Below are positions 9,444 through 20,228 of a stretch of DNA of 64,000 nucleotides, piece by piece. The notes beneath the pieces were generated by a model that worked only from the letters and a program-made list of their open reading frames with translations, ran no database searches and was not told the origin of the DNA. Position 1 is the stretch's first letter, and each line of letters starts with the position of its first letter. The position numbers were made by a program, and so were the translations under genes. Source of the DNA: an uncultured virus (IMG/VR IMGVR_UViG_3300006149_000009). Lineage: Duplodnaviria; Heunggongvirae; Uroviricota; Caudoviricetes. The DNA is taken from the IMG/VR virus record IMGVR_UViG_3300006149_000009. The stretch is one strand, 5' to 3'.

Positions 9444-11559
9444 ATGAACAGAACTGAACGCGTTCTGCATGGTGCGGCACTCTGGTGCGCATATTACCGC
9501 GCAAACCCGCACCGTCTAGCGAAGGATTACCTTCATCTTGAACTTCACGTCTTCCAGAAAATCCTGATAATGATGATGAACTGGTCTTCGACCACTGTGT
9601 TCATAGGCTGCCGTGGTATCGGTAAATCATTCCTGAGCGCAGTCTTCTGTGTAATCAGGTGTATTTTATACCCTGGTACAAAGATATGCATCGCATCCGG
9701 CACACGCGGGCAAAGTATCAACATTCTGGAGAAAATCATCCTCGAACTAAAGCCGATTTCGCCGGAGCTAGCCGCCGAAATTGATGAAAAAGAAACGAAA
9801 ATAAACGGAACCAATGCACAGATTGTATTTAAAAATACATCCTATATCAAAGTTGTAACCGCGTCGGACACAGCCCGTGGCAACCGTGCCACTCTCCTGC
9901 TCCTCGATGAGTTCCGCATGATATCCAAAGACGTCATAGATACAATCCTGCGTAAATTCCTTACCCAAAGGCGTATGCCTGAATACTCAAAGCTTACAAA
10001 AGCAGAAAAGTTAGCTGAGTATAACAAAGAGAAAAATAAGACCATGTACCTGTCCTCTGCGTATTTCGTTGACCATTGGAGCTATACCAAATGCACGGAC
10101 ACCTGCAGGTTCATGCTGGACGATACGAAGCATCAGTTTGTATGCGGCCTCCCCTACCAGCTTTCAGTCACAGAAGGACTCCTTGACAGGGATACCGTTG
10201 CAGATGAGATGGCCGAGACAGATTTCAATGAGATTAAATTCCAGATTAAATTAGTCTGAGCATATGGGAAACCATATGTTAGCATTCCTTTAATTGCTGG
10301 GAACCCCTTACAGCAAAACCAGCCACAACATAATGATGAAATATGCATAAGTGTGATGGCTCGAAAATGGCTTTGATTGGGCAATCAGCAGCCAAGCCTC
10401 GAACAGAGGAAGGTTCAACGACTATCCCGCAAGGGAGTAGATGCAAGCGCATCGAAATGGGGAACCCTAAACCGCAATACTGCGGCATGGTGAAGATATA
10501 GTCTGAGCTTTGGTGAAAGCCAAAGGGCATCAAAAACGCCAGATGAGGTTAGCGGCCTCATATAAACATTACTGGGAATACGAAGCGCTGTGGTATGGAA
10601 ATGCCGACGGCTCTTTTTTTGATTACAACACTATCTCAAAGAACAGGAAAATTAAGTACCCGATGCTTCCGGGCAGACTAGCTTCAAAGTTAAACAACTC
10701 ACAGCTTGTCCGCATCCCGGTGAAAAATAACGGGGAGATACGGATTCTTTCCGCTGACATCGCACTTATGTCCAGCAGGAAGAACCAGAACGATGCTACC
10801 GCCCTCTTCATCAACCAGATGGTGCCTACAAAGGCAGGAAGGTATTCCAGCGGCCTTGTCTATGCCGACACATGCGAAGGGTTACGCACGGATGACCAGG
10901 CATTATATATCCGGAAACTATATGATGAATTCGAATGCGATTACATCGTCCTGGATACAAACGGGCTTGGAATCGGCGTCTATGACTGCCTGGCCAGGGA
11001 AATCGTGGATTCTGAGACTGGGGAGATATATCCTGCGCTCTCATGCTGCAACAACGCAGAAATGGCATCACGGTGCGCCGTAGCAGGGGCGGACAAGGTT
11101 ATCTGGTCAATCAAAGCTAGCGCCCAATTTAATTCTGACTGCGCGTTCCTGTTAAGGGAAGCATTCAGGAGCGGCCGTATCAGGCTTCTGGCTACGGAAT
11201 ACGACGCTGAGGAATACCTTGGTGAAATCCGGGGATACAGCTCCCTCTCTCCTTCCGAGAAGATGCAGATGCAGCTCCCGTATATCCAAACGACGCTCCT
11301 GATTGACGAACTGACAAAGCTCCAGCACGAAGAGTCTGGAGGCAAAATTAAGATATCGGAAAAATCTGGCATGAGGAAAGACCGGTATTCCAGCCTTTCA
11401 TACAACTACTATGTCGCAACACAGATAGAAACCAAAATGAACAGACGCCACAATGCCGGAATCGGCAGCGCTGACATGTTCATCATCAAACCACCACATT
11501 ATAAGAGAAAGGCGGTGAGTTTACTAAATGGCGGGAAAAAGAACATGGGATGGCATTGA
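9444..11559 (+). CDS. terL: Terminase large subunit, join(9444..10246,10575..11559), 595 aa after splicing
   Basis: Walker A GCRGIGKS and Walker B LLLDEF in exon 1; nuclease motifs SADIA, LDTNGLG, KDRYSS in exon 2; junction reads KFQ-M-EYEALW. Confidence 0.9.
10247..10574 (+). ncRNA. Group I intron, 328 nt, no internal ORF, subgroup IA-like
   Basis: P AATTGCTGGGAA, Q AATCAGCAGCC, R GTTCAACGACTA, S AAGATATAGTC; P1 CAGAU/GUCUG with U10246-G10254 wobble; terminal G10574; extra hairpins after P7. Confidence 0.93.
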
Positions 11560-13415
11560 CATCTCAAAAATGGTTGGCATATCAGGTAAATTTGCAGCCC
11601 TGAACCGGCTGATTACCAGGGATTTGAATAATAATACCACAACCCCTACATTCTCCTTATATTCTAAGGACGATATCACAACTTACCTGTCCAACCCTTA
11701 CCAGTATGAGAAACAGCTGCGTAATGCTGTCACATACATATATGGGGCATCCGCCCATTTCCGCCGGATAATCCAATATTTTACTGGATTGTCCGATTTG
11801 TCCTATGTGGTATCGCCGCATAAGATAGACCCGAAAAGCATCAGCCCGAAGACTATCAGCCGCAATTACCGGAAAGTCTTAAACGCACTGTCCGCTATGA
11901 ACATTAAGACACAGTTTCCGGAAATACTTACTGTCTGCCTTCGTGAAGATACGTTCTATGGGACGATGTGGGTCACAAATGACAGCATTACCATACAGCA
12001 GCTGCCAAGCGATTACTGTGCCATTTCTACTATCGAAGGGAACGTGCTGAACGTAACCTTCGATTTTTCATACTTTGACTCACACAGCGCGATGTTGGAG
12101 TTCTATCCCCAGGAGTTTAAAACGAAGTACGCCGTATACCAGAAACAGCGTACCTCCAGATGGATAGAGCTTGACTCACCTACTTCATTCGCGGTGAAAG
12201 TGAACAACGACATCCTGGCATACTCCCTCCCGCCATTTGCAGGCATTTTGAGGGAACTGTATGACCTTGAGGACTTAAATATAGGTCGGTACGTTGGAAA
12301 CGGCGTATAGCAACAATTCCTTTAATTGCTGGAAACCCCTAAAGACAATCAGACCACAACGTAGCAATGAAACAAGTGCAGGCGTGACGGTTGTGAAAAC
12401 AGAAAAAATTGATTGTATAGGAGCGAGGTTAAATCCCCTGCTCTTTTTATAATGGGCAATCAGCAGCCAAGCCTTGAACAGAGGAAGGTTCAACGACTAT
12501 CCCGCAAGGGAGTAGGGGCAAGCGCCCCGAAATGGGGAACCCTAAACCGCAATACTGCGGCATGGTGAAGATATAGTCTGCACTCTGTCGAAAGACGGAG
12601 AAGTGTAAATGACACTGGACGGGAAAGCGAACCCGAAAGTTATGCAAATAACTATTCCAAACAAAATGGATAAACAATTAAAACTCACAAAAACAGCCCT
12701 TGAGAACTATGCCATGCTATCCATGAAGCTTCCTATGGACGACGATGGAAACTGGGGCATAGATTACGATAAGGCAAAGGAGTTCTGGATGAACCTGGAC
12801 TCCGTGCTCCCAGAGGAAATCGGCTCCGTACTGACTCCGATGGATATTGACAAAATCAGTTTCGAGCGTTCGAACACTGGTGACACCGATACCATCGTGG
12901 ACGCAGAACAGAACATCTTCACAGCGGCCGGGGTATCATCCCTGCTGTTCAACAATGAAAAAGCATCCGCTAATGCGCTGATGCTCTCCATCAAAGCAGA
13001 CCAGGCGCTGACATTTGGTATTGTAAAGAGCATTGAAGACGTGGTGAACCGGTTCATCCAGGCGCAGGGATATGGCAAGAACTTCAAGGTCACATTCCTG
13101 GACTGCAGCCCGTTCAACCGAAAGGAACTTGGTGATGCATACCTGAAAGCGGCGTCCTATGGGCTTCCGACAATATCCATGTATGCTGCGTCACAGGGGC
13201 TTGGGCAGTCTGAACTTGACAGCATGAGCTTCCTGGAGACACAGATTATGAGCCTGCAGGACATGTTCAAGCCTATTATAAGCTCTACCCAGGTAAGCAC
13301 TCCCTCTGAAGACAGCGATGCCCCAACAGATGAAGGCGGCCGTCCAGTAAGCGACGGAACAGAATTGACAGACAGTGGAGAGCAATCTTCCGAGCAGAAA
13401 GACGATTGGGGATAA
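11528..13415 (+). CDS. Portal protein, join(11528..12275,12670..13415), 497 aa after splicing
   Basis: Position between terminase and head genes, size, in-frame junction DLED-Y-KQLKLTK. Confidence 0.82.
12276..12669 (+). ncRNA. Group I intron, 394 nt, no plausible homing endonuclease ORF, subgroup IA-like
   Basis: Same P/Q/R/S elements; P1 GACU/GGUC with U12275-G12284 wobble; terminal G12669. Confidence 0.93.
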
Positions 13416-13428
13416 GGCTGGTGATTAA

Positions 13429-13605
13429 ATGGAAAAATTTATATATGTATTCGGCAAAAAGGATATGGAAACCTTGGTTGCTGACGGATATACGCTCGTC
13501 CAGAGCGATAGCAAAAACGACATTTATGTGTTTGAAAACAAACCTGGGAAACACTTCTCGCTAAATACTCCCCCGTTTGCTTACTCAAACACGCTGACAT
13601 TTTAA
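13429..13605 (+). CDS. Small hypothetical protein, 58 aa (not in track)
   Basis: MEKFIYVFGKKD...YSNTLTF; fills the gap between portal and protease genes. Confidence 0.7.
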   Translation: MEKFIYVFGKKDMETLVADGYTLVQSDSKNDIYVFENKPGKHFSLNTPPFAYSNTLTF

Positions 13606-13650
13606 CCCGTATGCGCAGGCATACGACTTTTTTATTACAGGAGGTTATAG

Positions 13651-15213
13651 ATGAAGGACGGGGTTCTGAACCTGACTTATGCATCATCTTTAACCAATTT
13701 GTGTGAAGTCAACTCGTCTTTTGACTCCGGGATACTCCGTATTGCATACGCCGGTAAGAACCGGAATGGCAGCAGCATCTCGAAGCAGACGTTCGAAAAG
13801 TGTATCAGGACTATCTACAACTGCCCTGTCGTCTGCAACTACGACAGGGAATCTGATACGCTTGGAGGCCACGATATGGAACTGGTACACGGCGGAGACG
13901 GAAGTTTCCGCCTTGTAAACCTGACACACCCTGTCGGTGTAATCCCACAGGGCGCGCGGGTGTACTGGGAGACGGTGGATGAAGAAGACGGTTCCACACA
14001 CGAATACTTATGCGCTGAAGCCCTTATTTGGAAACGGCAGGAAGCCTACCGCAAAATCAAGGACGACGGCATATGCGCCCAGTCAATGGAAATCACCGTC
14101 AAGGACGGGAAAATGATTGACGGCGTTTACCACGTCTATGATTTTGAATTCACGGCATTCGCACTCATTGGGGTAACCCCCTGCTTCGAGGCAGCTTCCC
14201 TTGCTTTCACGAAACAGGATTTCAAAAGACAGCTTTCAGAGATGATGCATGAGTTAAAGGAGAGTTTTACAACGGTCACTCCCTCTAATGAGGATGACAA
14301 TATACATTCACAAAAATATTCAACGAAAGGAGGACGAACATCATTGGACAAAAATGAATTAATTGCCAAATATGGCATTGATGTCAGCTCTTTGGACTTC
14401 TCTGTTGAAGATTTCTCTGCCGAGGAATTGGAGGAAAAGTTCAAGGCGATGAGCAATACAGCCCCGGCGGAAGGCTCTGGGCAGGACAAGTTTGCCCTGA
14501 CCAGTAACATCGTCGAGGAAATCTGCCTTCAGTTAAGCGCCGAAAAAGTGCAGCGCGAATGGGGAGAAAGCTCCCGCTACTGTTACGTCGATTGTGATTT
14601 TGAAGCTATGGAGGTCTATTGCTGGGATACAAATGACTGGCTCCTTTATGGATTCCCATACAAAACAAATGGAGACCACATCAACATCGACTATGCGTGC
14701 AGAAAGCGCAAGAAATATGTAGTCGCAGATTTCGACGAGGGCGAACAGGATTCCCCTTTTGCCTATACGTTGGGGCAGTTTGAAGAGAAGTTCCATGATA
14801 GCATTTCTGAAAACACCGCAGTTAAAGAGAAATACCAGGCCGCTTCGGACACAATTGCGTCTATGGAAAAAGAACTTGGCGAACTGCGCCAGTTCAAAGC
14901 TGCTACAGAACATGCCATCGCTGAAAATGAACGCAAATCCGAGGCGGGTAGGATATTTGCCCAGTTCGAGGATTTGTCTGGGGTTGAAGCATTTGAAGCC
15001 CTGAAAACAGAATATGACGCTGACTGCATGAAATACGAAGCAGATGCCTTGGAAGAGAAATGCTTCGCAATCCGTGGAAGGCAGGGGTCAGCATCCCTGA
15101 AATTCTCTGCCCCACAGAAAACGCCGAAACTGCCGATTGACAGGGCTGGCGGAGTCAACAAAGAACCTTATGGTGGAGTTTTTGAGGAATACGGTTTCTC
15201 AGCAAAAGAATAA
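13651..15213 (+). CDS. Prohead protease/scaffold protein
   Basis: N-terminal GKNRNGS...GGH...QSMEI...PCF protease-like region; acidic coiled-coil C-terminus; synteny. Confidence 0.72.
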   Translation: MKDGVLNLTYASSLTNLCEVNSSFDSGILRIAYAGKNRNGSSISKQTFEKCIRTIYNCPVVCNYDRESDTLGGHDMELVHGGDGSFRLVNLTHPVGVIPQGARVYWETVDEEDGSTHEYLCAEALIWKRQEAYRKIKDDGICAQSMEITVKDGKMIDGVYHVYDFEFTAFALIGVTPCFEAASLAFTKQDFKRQLSEMMHELKESFTTVTPSNEDDNIHSQKYSTKGGRTSLDKNELIAKYGIDVSSLDFSVEDFSAEELEEKFKAMSNTAPAEGSGQDKFALTSNIVEEICLQLSAEKVQREWGESSRYCYVDCDFEAMEVYCWDTNDWLLYGFPYKTNGDHINIDYACRKRKKYVVADFDEGEQDSPFAYTLGQFEEKFHDSISENTAVKEKYQAASDTIASMEKELGELRQFKAATEHAIAENERKSEAGRIFAQFEDLSGVEAFEALKTEYDADCMKYEADALEEKCFAIRGRQGSASLKFSAPQKTPKLPIDRAGGVNKEPYGGVFEEYGFSAKE

Positions 15214-15230
15214 ATGAGGAGGTAATTAAC

Positions 15231-15740
15231 ATGGCAAAATATGGCGTTGTAAGAACAGACAATATGTTTGGTACTGACGTTAGGGCTGGTCTGGTATCCG
15301 TTAGGTATATGGGTGCAGACGGCAGTACTGCTGCTGAAATTGAGAACGGCAGCGTTGTGAAACTTGGTGAACTGGTGGCTGGCGAAAGGGAGGTCTATGT
15401 CGGCAGTGATGTGACAGCGAAAGACACTCTGGGCAATGTAGCCCTGATTGCCGCACCGGAAGTTCCGTATGATGAGCGTATCAAGAACCTGGATGAGTTC
15501 ATCAACGAGGCTGGTAAGAATGTGCGGGGATACCGTTTGCATTCCGGCGATATCTTTTCGGTGACCAAGGAGGCTCTGGCCGGGTTAGATGCTCCCGCTA
15601 AAGGGAACATTGTCGAGCTTGCGGCTGGCAATAAACTGAGCGTAGCCGCTTCCGCGACTGCTGGTTCTACTGCTGTCGGCAAGATTATCGACGTCGAGAC
15701 TGTCGGCAGGTACACCTACTATGTTATCAAAGTTGACTAA
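15231..15740 (+). CDS. Probable head decoration/minor capsid protein
   Basis: Ala/Gly/Val-rich, strong RBS, directly upstream of capsid gene. Confidence 0.6.
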   Translation: MAKYGVVRTDNMFGTDVRAGLVSVRYMGADGSTAAEIENGSVVKLGELVAGEREVYVGSDVTAKDTLGNVALIAAPEVPYDERIKNLDEFINEAGKNVRGYRLHSGDIFSVTKEALAGLDAPAKGNIVELAAGNKLSVAASATAGSTAVGKIIDVETVGRYTYYVIKVD

Positions 15741-15761
15741 TTTGCAAAGGAGGATTTTAAC

Positions 15762-16778
15762 ATGTCTGACATGAAAGATATTGTAAAAGTAGCTATTGAC
15801 GGCTACAAGGGCAGGGTCGAGAAATATTCCGTAGGCCAGTCCCAGGAGCTGCTTAGGCAGGCTCTGGTAGAAGCAAACGGAGGGAGCACTGTCCTGGATT
15901 ATAAGAAAATCCGTGACGGGAAATGCAACGGGCTGTTTGCGCTGCTTGAAGAGACGCTGAGCAATACTGTAGCCGAGGGACTTCAGGGCGATGAGTATTT
16001 TAACGCGCTGGTTGATTTCCGCAACGTGAACGAGGGCGACAAAAACCTCTTCCTTGTTGAAGACAAAAACCTATTCGTTGTAGCTGAAGCTGCGGACGGA
16101 ACACAGGGTATCAGACGCCAGAGACTTGGCGGGGTAACGGAGACTTCCATCCCGACTACCCTGAAAGTAGTAAGAATCTACGAGGAACTCAACCGTGTGC
16201 TTGCAGGACGCGTTGATTTCAACGTTTTCATCAATAAGGTAGCTGAATCCTTCCGGCAGAAGCTGCTGAATGATGTCTATACCCTGTGGACTGGCGCAAC
16301 AGCAGCCCAGTTTGGCGGGACTACATATTTCCCGACAGCCGGGGCATACGACGAGGATGAGCTGCTTGACCTCATCTCCCATGTGGAAGCTGCCGCAGGC
16401 GGGAAGCAGGCTACCATCATCGGCACAAAGAAAGCCCTGCGTAACCTGAAATCTTCCATCGTAAGCGATGGCGCTAAGGATGACCTGTACAACATGGGTT
16501 ACTACGGAAAGTTCTACGGAACCCCGGTTGTAGCTGCTCCGCAGCGCCATAAGGTCGGCTCTACAGAGTTCGTCATGGACGACGACGTGCTGACCATCAT
16601 CGCCGGAGACGACAAGCCGATTAAGGTTGTTTACGAAGGCAACCCGATTGTCCTGATGGGCGACCCAATGCAGAATGCGGATTTCACCCAGGAGTATCTC
16701 TATGGGGAGAAATACGGCATGGGCATCATCCTTGCTGGCGGTAATTCCGGCATCGGCCGTTATGAGATGACTGCGTAA
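15762..16778 (+). CDS. Major capsid protein
   Basis: 338 aa, strong RBS, GKFYGTPVV motif, followed by terminator; synteny. Confidence 0.8.
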   Translation: MSDMKDIVKVAIDGYKGRVEKYSVGQSQELLRQALVEANGGSTVLDYKKIRDGKCNGLFALLEETLSNTVAEGLQGDEYFNALVDFRNVNEGDKNLFLVEDKNLFVVAEAADGTQGIRRQRLGGVTETSIPTTLKVVRIYEELNRVLAGRVDFNVFINKVAESFRQKLLNDVYTLWTGATAAQFGGTTYFPTAGAYDEDELLDLISHVEAAAGGKQATIIGTKKALRNLKSSIVSDGAKDDLYNMGYYGKFYGTPVVAAPQRHKVGSTEFVMDDDVLTIIAGDDKPIKVVYEGNPIVLMGDPMQNADFTQEYLYGEKYGMGIILAGGNSGIGRYEMTA

Positions 16779-16800
16779 CCAGTCCTCACCCTAAAAATAA

Positions 16801-16827
16801 GCGGGAGCTGCAAAGGCTCCCGTTTCT
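16801..16827 (+). terminator. Intrinsic terminator after capsid gene
   Basis: GCGGGAGC-loop-GCTCCCGT followed by TTCT. Confidence 0.7.
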
Positions 16828-16847
16828 GAATGAAAGGAAAAGAAAAT

Positions 16848-17429
16848 ATGAATAAGACAAAACCAAATACAGAAGCAGCGCCTGCAGCCGCTGAAGCTAA
16901 TGCTGCTACGGCTGAGACGGCGACTCAAAAAACGAAACGCGGCACAAAAATAGCCGCGCCTAAAACGAAGAAAGCAATCGTAGCGAAAGATATTGACCCC
17001 AACCAGTATGTTGTCGTCCGCAACGGATTCCAGGGGCGTCTGGTATACATCAGTAAGAAAACAGGGGAACGTTTCGTGTGGGACGGGTTTGGCTCTGAAC
17101 AGGAGATGGAACTCCGGGAGCTGAAAAACGCCAGGAACTCATACAAGAAGTTCTTCGAGAACAACTGGTTCATGTTCGATGAGGATTGGATTGTCGATTA
17201 CCTTGGAGTAAGGCAGTTCTATAGGAACGCCGTGAGCATTGAGGAGTTTGATTCCATCTTCGAAAAAGACGCTGAGGAATTAAAAGGGATTATCTGTGGC
17301 CTGTCCGCCGGGCAGAAGAAATCTGCCGCTTACAGGGCACGCATCCTGATTGCAGAAGGAAAGATTGATTCAAACCGCGCAATCACTGCCCTGGAGGAGT
17401 CCCTCGGCGTTGAACTGATTGAACGATAG
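16848..17429 (+). CDS. Phage hypothetical protein (head region)
   Basis: RBS and synteny. Confidence 0.7.
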   Translation: MNKTKPNTEAAPAAAEANAATAETATQKTKRGTKIAAPKTKKAIVAKDIDPNQYVVVRNGFQGRLVYISKKTGERFVWDGFGSEQEMELRELKNARNSYKKFFENNWFMFDEDWIVDYLGVRQFYRNAVSIEEFDSIFEKDAEELKGIICGLSAGQKKSAAYRARILIAEGKIDSNRAITALEESLGVELIER

Positions 17430-17441
17430 GAGGGATTCACG

Positions 17442-17891
17442 ATGAGCGTTTCTTTTGATGTATTCGTCGGTGCTTTCCTTGAGAAGATAACCGAGCGTGA
17501 CCTGCTTGCCCTCGCCCCGCAGGAGCGGGACGAGACTGTTCTTGGGTATATGAAAAGGGCTATCAGCGGGTTTAAGAAGAACTGCCGGTATGATTTAACA
17601 ACTACCAGAGATGACGAGAACCGGATATTCGATGTCGAAATCGACGGTGAGGACTTGGACGAGGTAGCTGACATCGTATCGGAAGGCATGATTGTGCAAT
17701 GGCTAAAGCCATACGTATACAGGCAGGAACTGTTGGAGAATGCAATCAACACACGGGATTTCACCACATACTCTCCTGCCGAACTGCTTATGCGGGTAGG
17801 GAACGCATACGCTGCAGCCCAGAAGGATTACAGGCAGATGGTTCGCGAGTATTCCTTCAATACCGGAGACCTTGGGGGATTACATTTATGA
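17442..17891 (+). CDS. Probable head-tail adaptor
   Basis: Size, helical character, synteny. Confidence 0.5.
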   Translation: MSVSFDVFVGAFLEKITERDLLALAPQERDETVLGYMKRAISGFKKNCRYDLTTTRDDENRIFDVEIDGEDLDEVADIVSEGMIVQWLKPYVYRQELLENAINTRDFTTYSPAELLMRVGNAYAAAQKDYRQMVREYSFNTGDLGGLHL

Positions 17892-18232
17892 CAATAAATA
17901 CAATCACAGGTACCCCCGTACCGCAGGTTCTTCTGAAAAATTATTTCCGAAGTCTCGTAAATCGGTTTTTTAAGATTCTCCCTATGCGAGAGGAAAATGA
18001 AGATTCCTTGCCTGCCTATATGCTTAACCTGCGGTCAGAGCTTCTCGGATGCAAGTCATTTATCCCTGAGCTTCAGAAGAACTCCTTGTACCTTTCTCTG
18101 CTGTCCATCTTACAGTATCTGATTGACAGGCCGGAGTGCACAATCAGTGAAACAAGGAGCGAAGTGTTCAATGCAATCGGGGTGTGTAATACGCTTCTGT
18201 CTATTTACACGGACGAGGAGGTATCCAAGTGA
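17888..18232 (+). CDS. Phage hypothetical protein
   Basis: ATGA overlap with upstream gene; the track ORF start at 17699 is probably over-extended. Confidence 0.65.
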   Translation: MTINTITGTPVPQVLLKNYFRSLVNRFFKILPMREENEDSLPAYMLNLRSELLGCKSFIPELQKNSLYLSLLSILQYLIDRPECTISETRSEVFNAIGVCNTLLSIYTDEEVSK

Positions 18233-18993
18233 ATGTCTGGGATAAATACGCAAGCCGCATGGAGACCCACGGAAACACAAAGCGGAATGCGGCATTGCTC
18301 AGGGAAAGCAGGATGCTCAACCATAAGCTGAAGGATTCCCTGTCATACCATGACGTCCTCATAGACGGGCTTCCACGGGCTGTCGCCGTCATTAATTCCG
18401 ACAACCTCAATGAAAAGACCATGTGTTCACTCCCGGGTGAGGATTTCACCTGCGGCGGGCTTGTCGAATGGGAAGATAACCGCTGGCTGATTACCGAAAA
18501 GGATGCCAATAATGAGCTATATACACGGGTAAAACTTCTCCAGTGCAACCATCTGCTTAAATGGGTAGACGAACACGATATCATCCATGAACAATGGTGT
18601 GTCATTGAAGACGGTACAAAGTACCTCACTGGAGAGTATGAAGATAAAAACTTCATCGTCACAAGGGGCGATGCCCGTATCGCCATGACCATCAGCCGGA
18701 ACCAGCATACTGTCAAATTCAGCCGGAACCGGCGTTTCCTCATCGACGACCCGGATGCGCCTGAGAAAGCCGCATATCTCCTGACGAAACCTTTGAAGGT
18801 CGGAAAGACGTATAACGGCGCAGGCGTCTATTCATTCGTACTGCAGGAAGTAGTGTCGACCGACGACGATAACATAGAACTCGGCATTGCGGACTACTAC
18901 AAACATTTCCCACGCACGGAAGCGGATGCATCCGACACTGTACACGAAGATAATACCTCCACTTCTGATAAGAGAAAGAAGGTGTGGTTATAA
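18229..18993 (+). CDS. Probable neck/head-closure protein
   Basis: GGAGG RBS, synteny. Confidence 0.5.
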   Translation: MNVWDKYASRMETHGNTKRNAALLRESRMLNHKLKDSLSYHDVLIDGLPRAVAVINSDNLNEKTMCSLPGEDFTCGGLVEWEDNRWLITEKDANNELYTRVKLLQCNHLLKWVDEHDIIHEQWCVIEDGTKYLTGEYEDKNFIVTRGDARIAMTISRNQHTVKFSRNRRFLIDDPDAPEKAAYLLTKPLKVGKTYNGAGVYSFVLQEVVSTDDDNIELGIADYYKHFPRTEADASDTVHEDNTSTSDKRKKVWL

Positions 18994-19491
18994 ATGCAGC
19001 TTGATGAATTTTTTGGATACAAAAACAAGCTTATGGAGCATCTGCTCACGAACAGGGAAATCGTCCGCCTGATTGACGAGGACGTACCCTTTGAGGACGC
19101 CGCAAGCCTTGCATACCTGCGCGTCTATCCATGCGAATACATACCCGATACAGTGGAACATGGCAACACTTACATCTGTTTCGATGTTGACATACTGGAG
19201 TCTATGAATAAAACGTTCCTGCTCCCTACGCTGTATATATGGGTGTTCACGCACAGGAGCAAACTGCGCCTGCCGGAAGGTGGTGTCCGGACAGACAGCC
19301 TGTGCTCCGAAATATGCAAAATGATTAACGGCAGCCGTGAATATGGGCTTGGGGAACTCTCCCTGCATTCTGTGAAGAGATTCGCCCCAATGACGGACTT
19401 CCAGGGGAAGCTGATGACTTTCTATGCCAAGGATTTCAACCGACAGTTCGACCCCATGAAATACACCCCGGCAAACCGTAAGGGTGTCTGA
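18994..19491 (+). CDS. Probable tail completion/terminator protein
   Basis: Synteny and size. Confidence 0.45.
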   Translation: MQLDEFFGYKNKLMEHLLTNREIVRLIDEDVPFEDAASLAYLRVYPCEYIPDTVEHGNTYICFDVDILESMNKTFLLPTLYIWVFTHRSKLRLPEGGVRTDSLCSEICKMINGSREYGLGELSLHSVKRFAPMTDFQGKLMTFYAKDFNRQFDPMKYTPANRKGV

Positions 19492-20207
19492 TGGCAAGCC
19501 TCAATCTTCTCTATAAACGTCAATACGCGGTGAATGACGATATCCGCGTCCTAATCCCCTATGTCGGGGAAATCCTCGAAAACGAAGACACATACTACAA
19601 CATGGTTTCAGCCATCACTGCAATGCCTATAGATTTCATGGTACAGCTTGATGACGCCGGAATCGACTTCACTTCTATCAACGAGTATGAACTGTTCCTG
19701 CTCCTGTTCAACGGGTTACAGATGCAGGACACCAGCCTCATATTCGGTGATTTGGATTTGACAAAGTTCAAGTATGACGAGAACCCGGAGAATGGGATGC
19801 TGACGCTCTACGATGCCGAGGATGATATCCGTATTGACCGTGCCATACACGGCCAGATAGCGGCCGTCCTGCGGAAAATACACCACCTTGAAAGGAACCA
19901 CAGGAAGCCTGCCAATACAGAAGCAAAAGACTACCTGTTAGAACGGGCACGCGACAAAATAAAGCGGCGCAAGAACCGCAAAGAGGAGTCGCAGCTCGAA
20001 TCGCTCATAGTCGCTATGGTCAACACAGAACAGTACAAATATGGATTCGAGGGGACAAGAGAACTCTCTATTTACCAGTTTAACGAAAGTGTACGGCAGA
20101 TAATTAAGAAGGTCGACTATGACAACAGGATGTACGGCGTTTACGCCGGAACCATTAACCCGAAGGAGTTAAGCCAAAACGATTTGAACTGGCTTATCCA
20201 TAAATAA
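19491..20207 (+). CDS. Phage hypothetical protein (tail assembly region)
   Basis: TGATG coupling, synteny. Confidence 0.65.
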   Translation: MASLNLLYKRQYAVNDDIRVLIPYVGEILENEDTYYNMVSAITAMPIDFMVQLDDAGIDFTSINEYELFLLLFNGLQMQDTSLIFGDLDLTKFKYDENPENGMLTLYDAEDDIRIDRAIHGQIAAVLRKIHHLERNHRKPANTEAKDYLLERARDKIKRRKNRKEESQLESLIVAMVNTEQYKYGFEGTRELSIYQFNESVRQIIKKVDYDNRMYGVYAGTINPKELSQNDLNWLIHK

Positions 20208-20228
20208 AAAATACAGGAGGAACTACAT

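Noticed and set aside
10510..10574. Track ORF 10510..11559 as an independent gene
   Set aside because: Its first 21-22 codons lie in the intron; it is terminase exon 2
12609..12669. Track ORF 12609..13415 as an independent gene
   Set aside because: Start lies in the intron; it is portal exon 2
10279..12677. Similar antisense ORFs (10279..10533, 12447..12677) as a duplicated protein or homing endonuclease
   Set aside because: They are shadows of the shared intron core, short and lacking HNH, GIY-YIG or LAGLIDADG motifs
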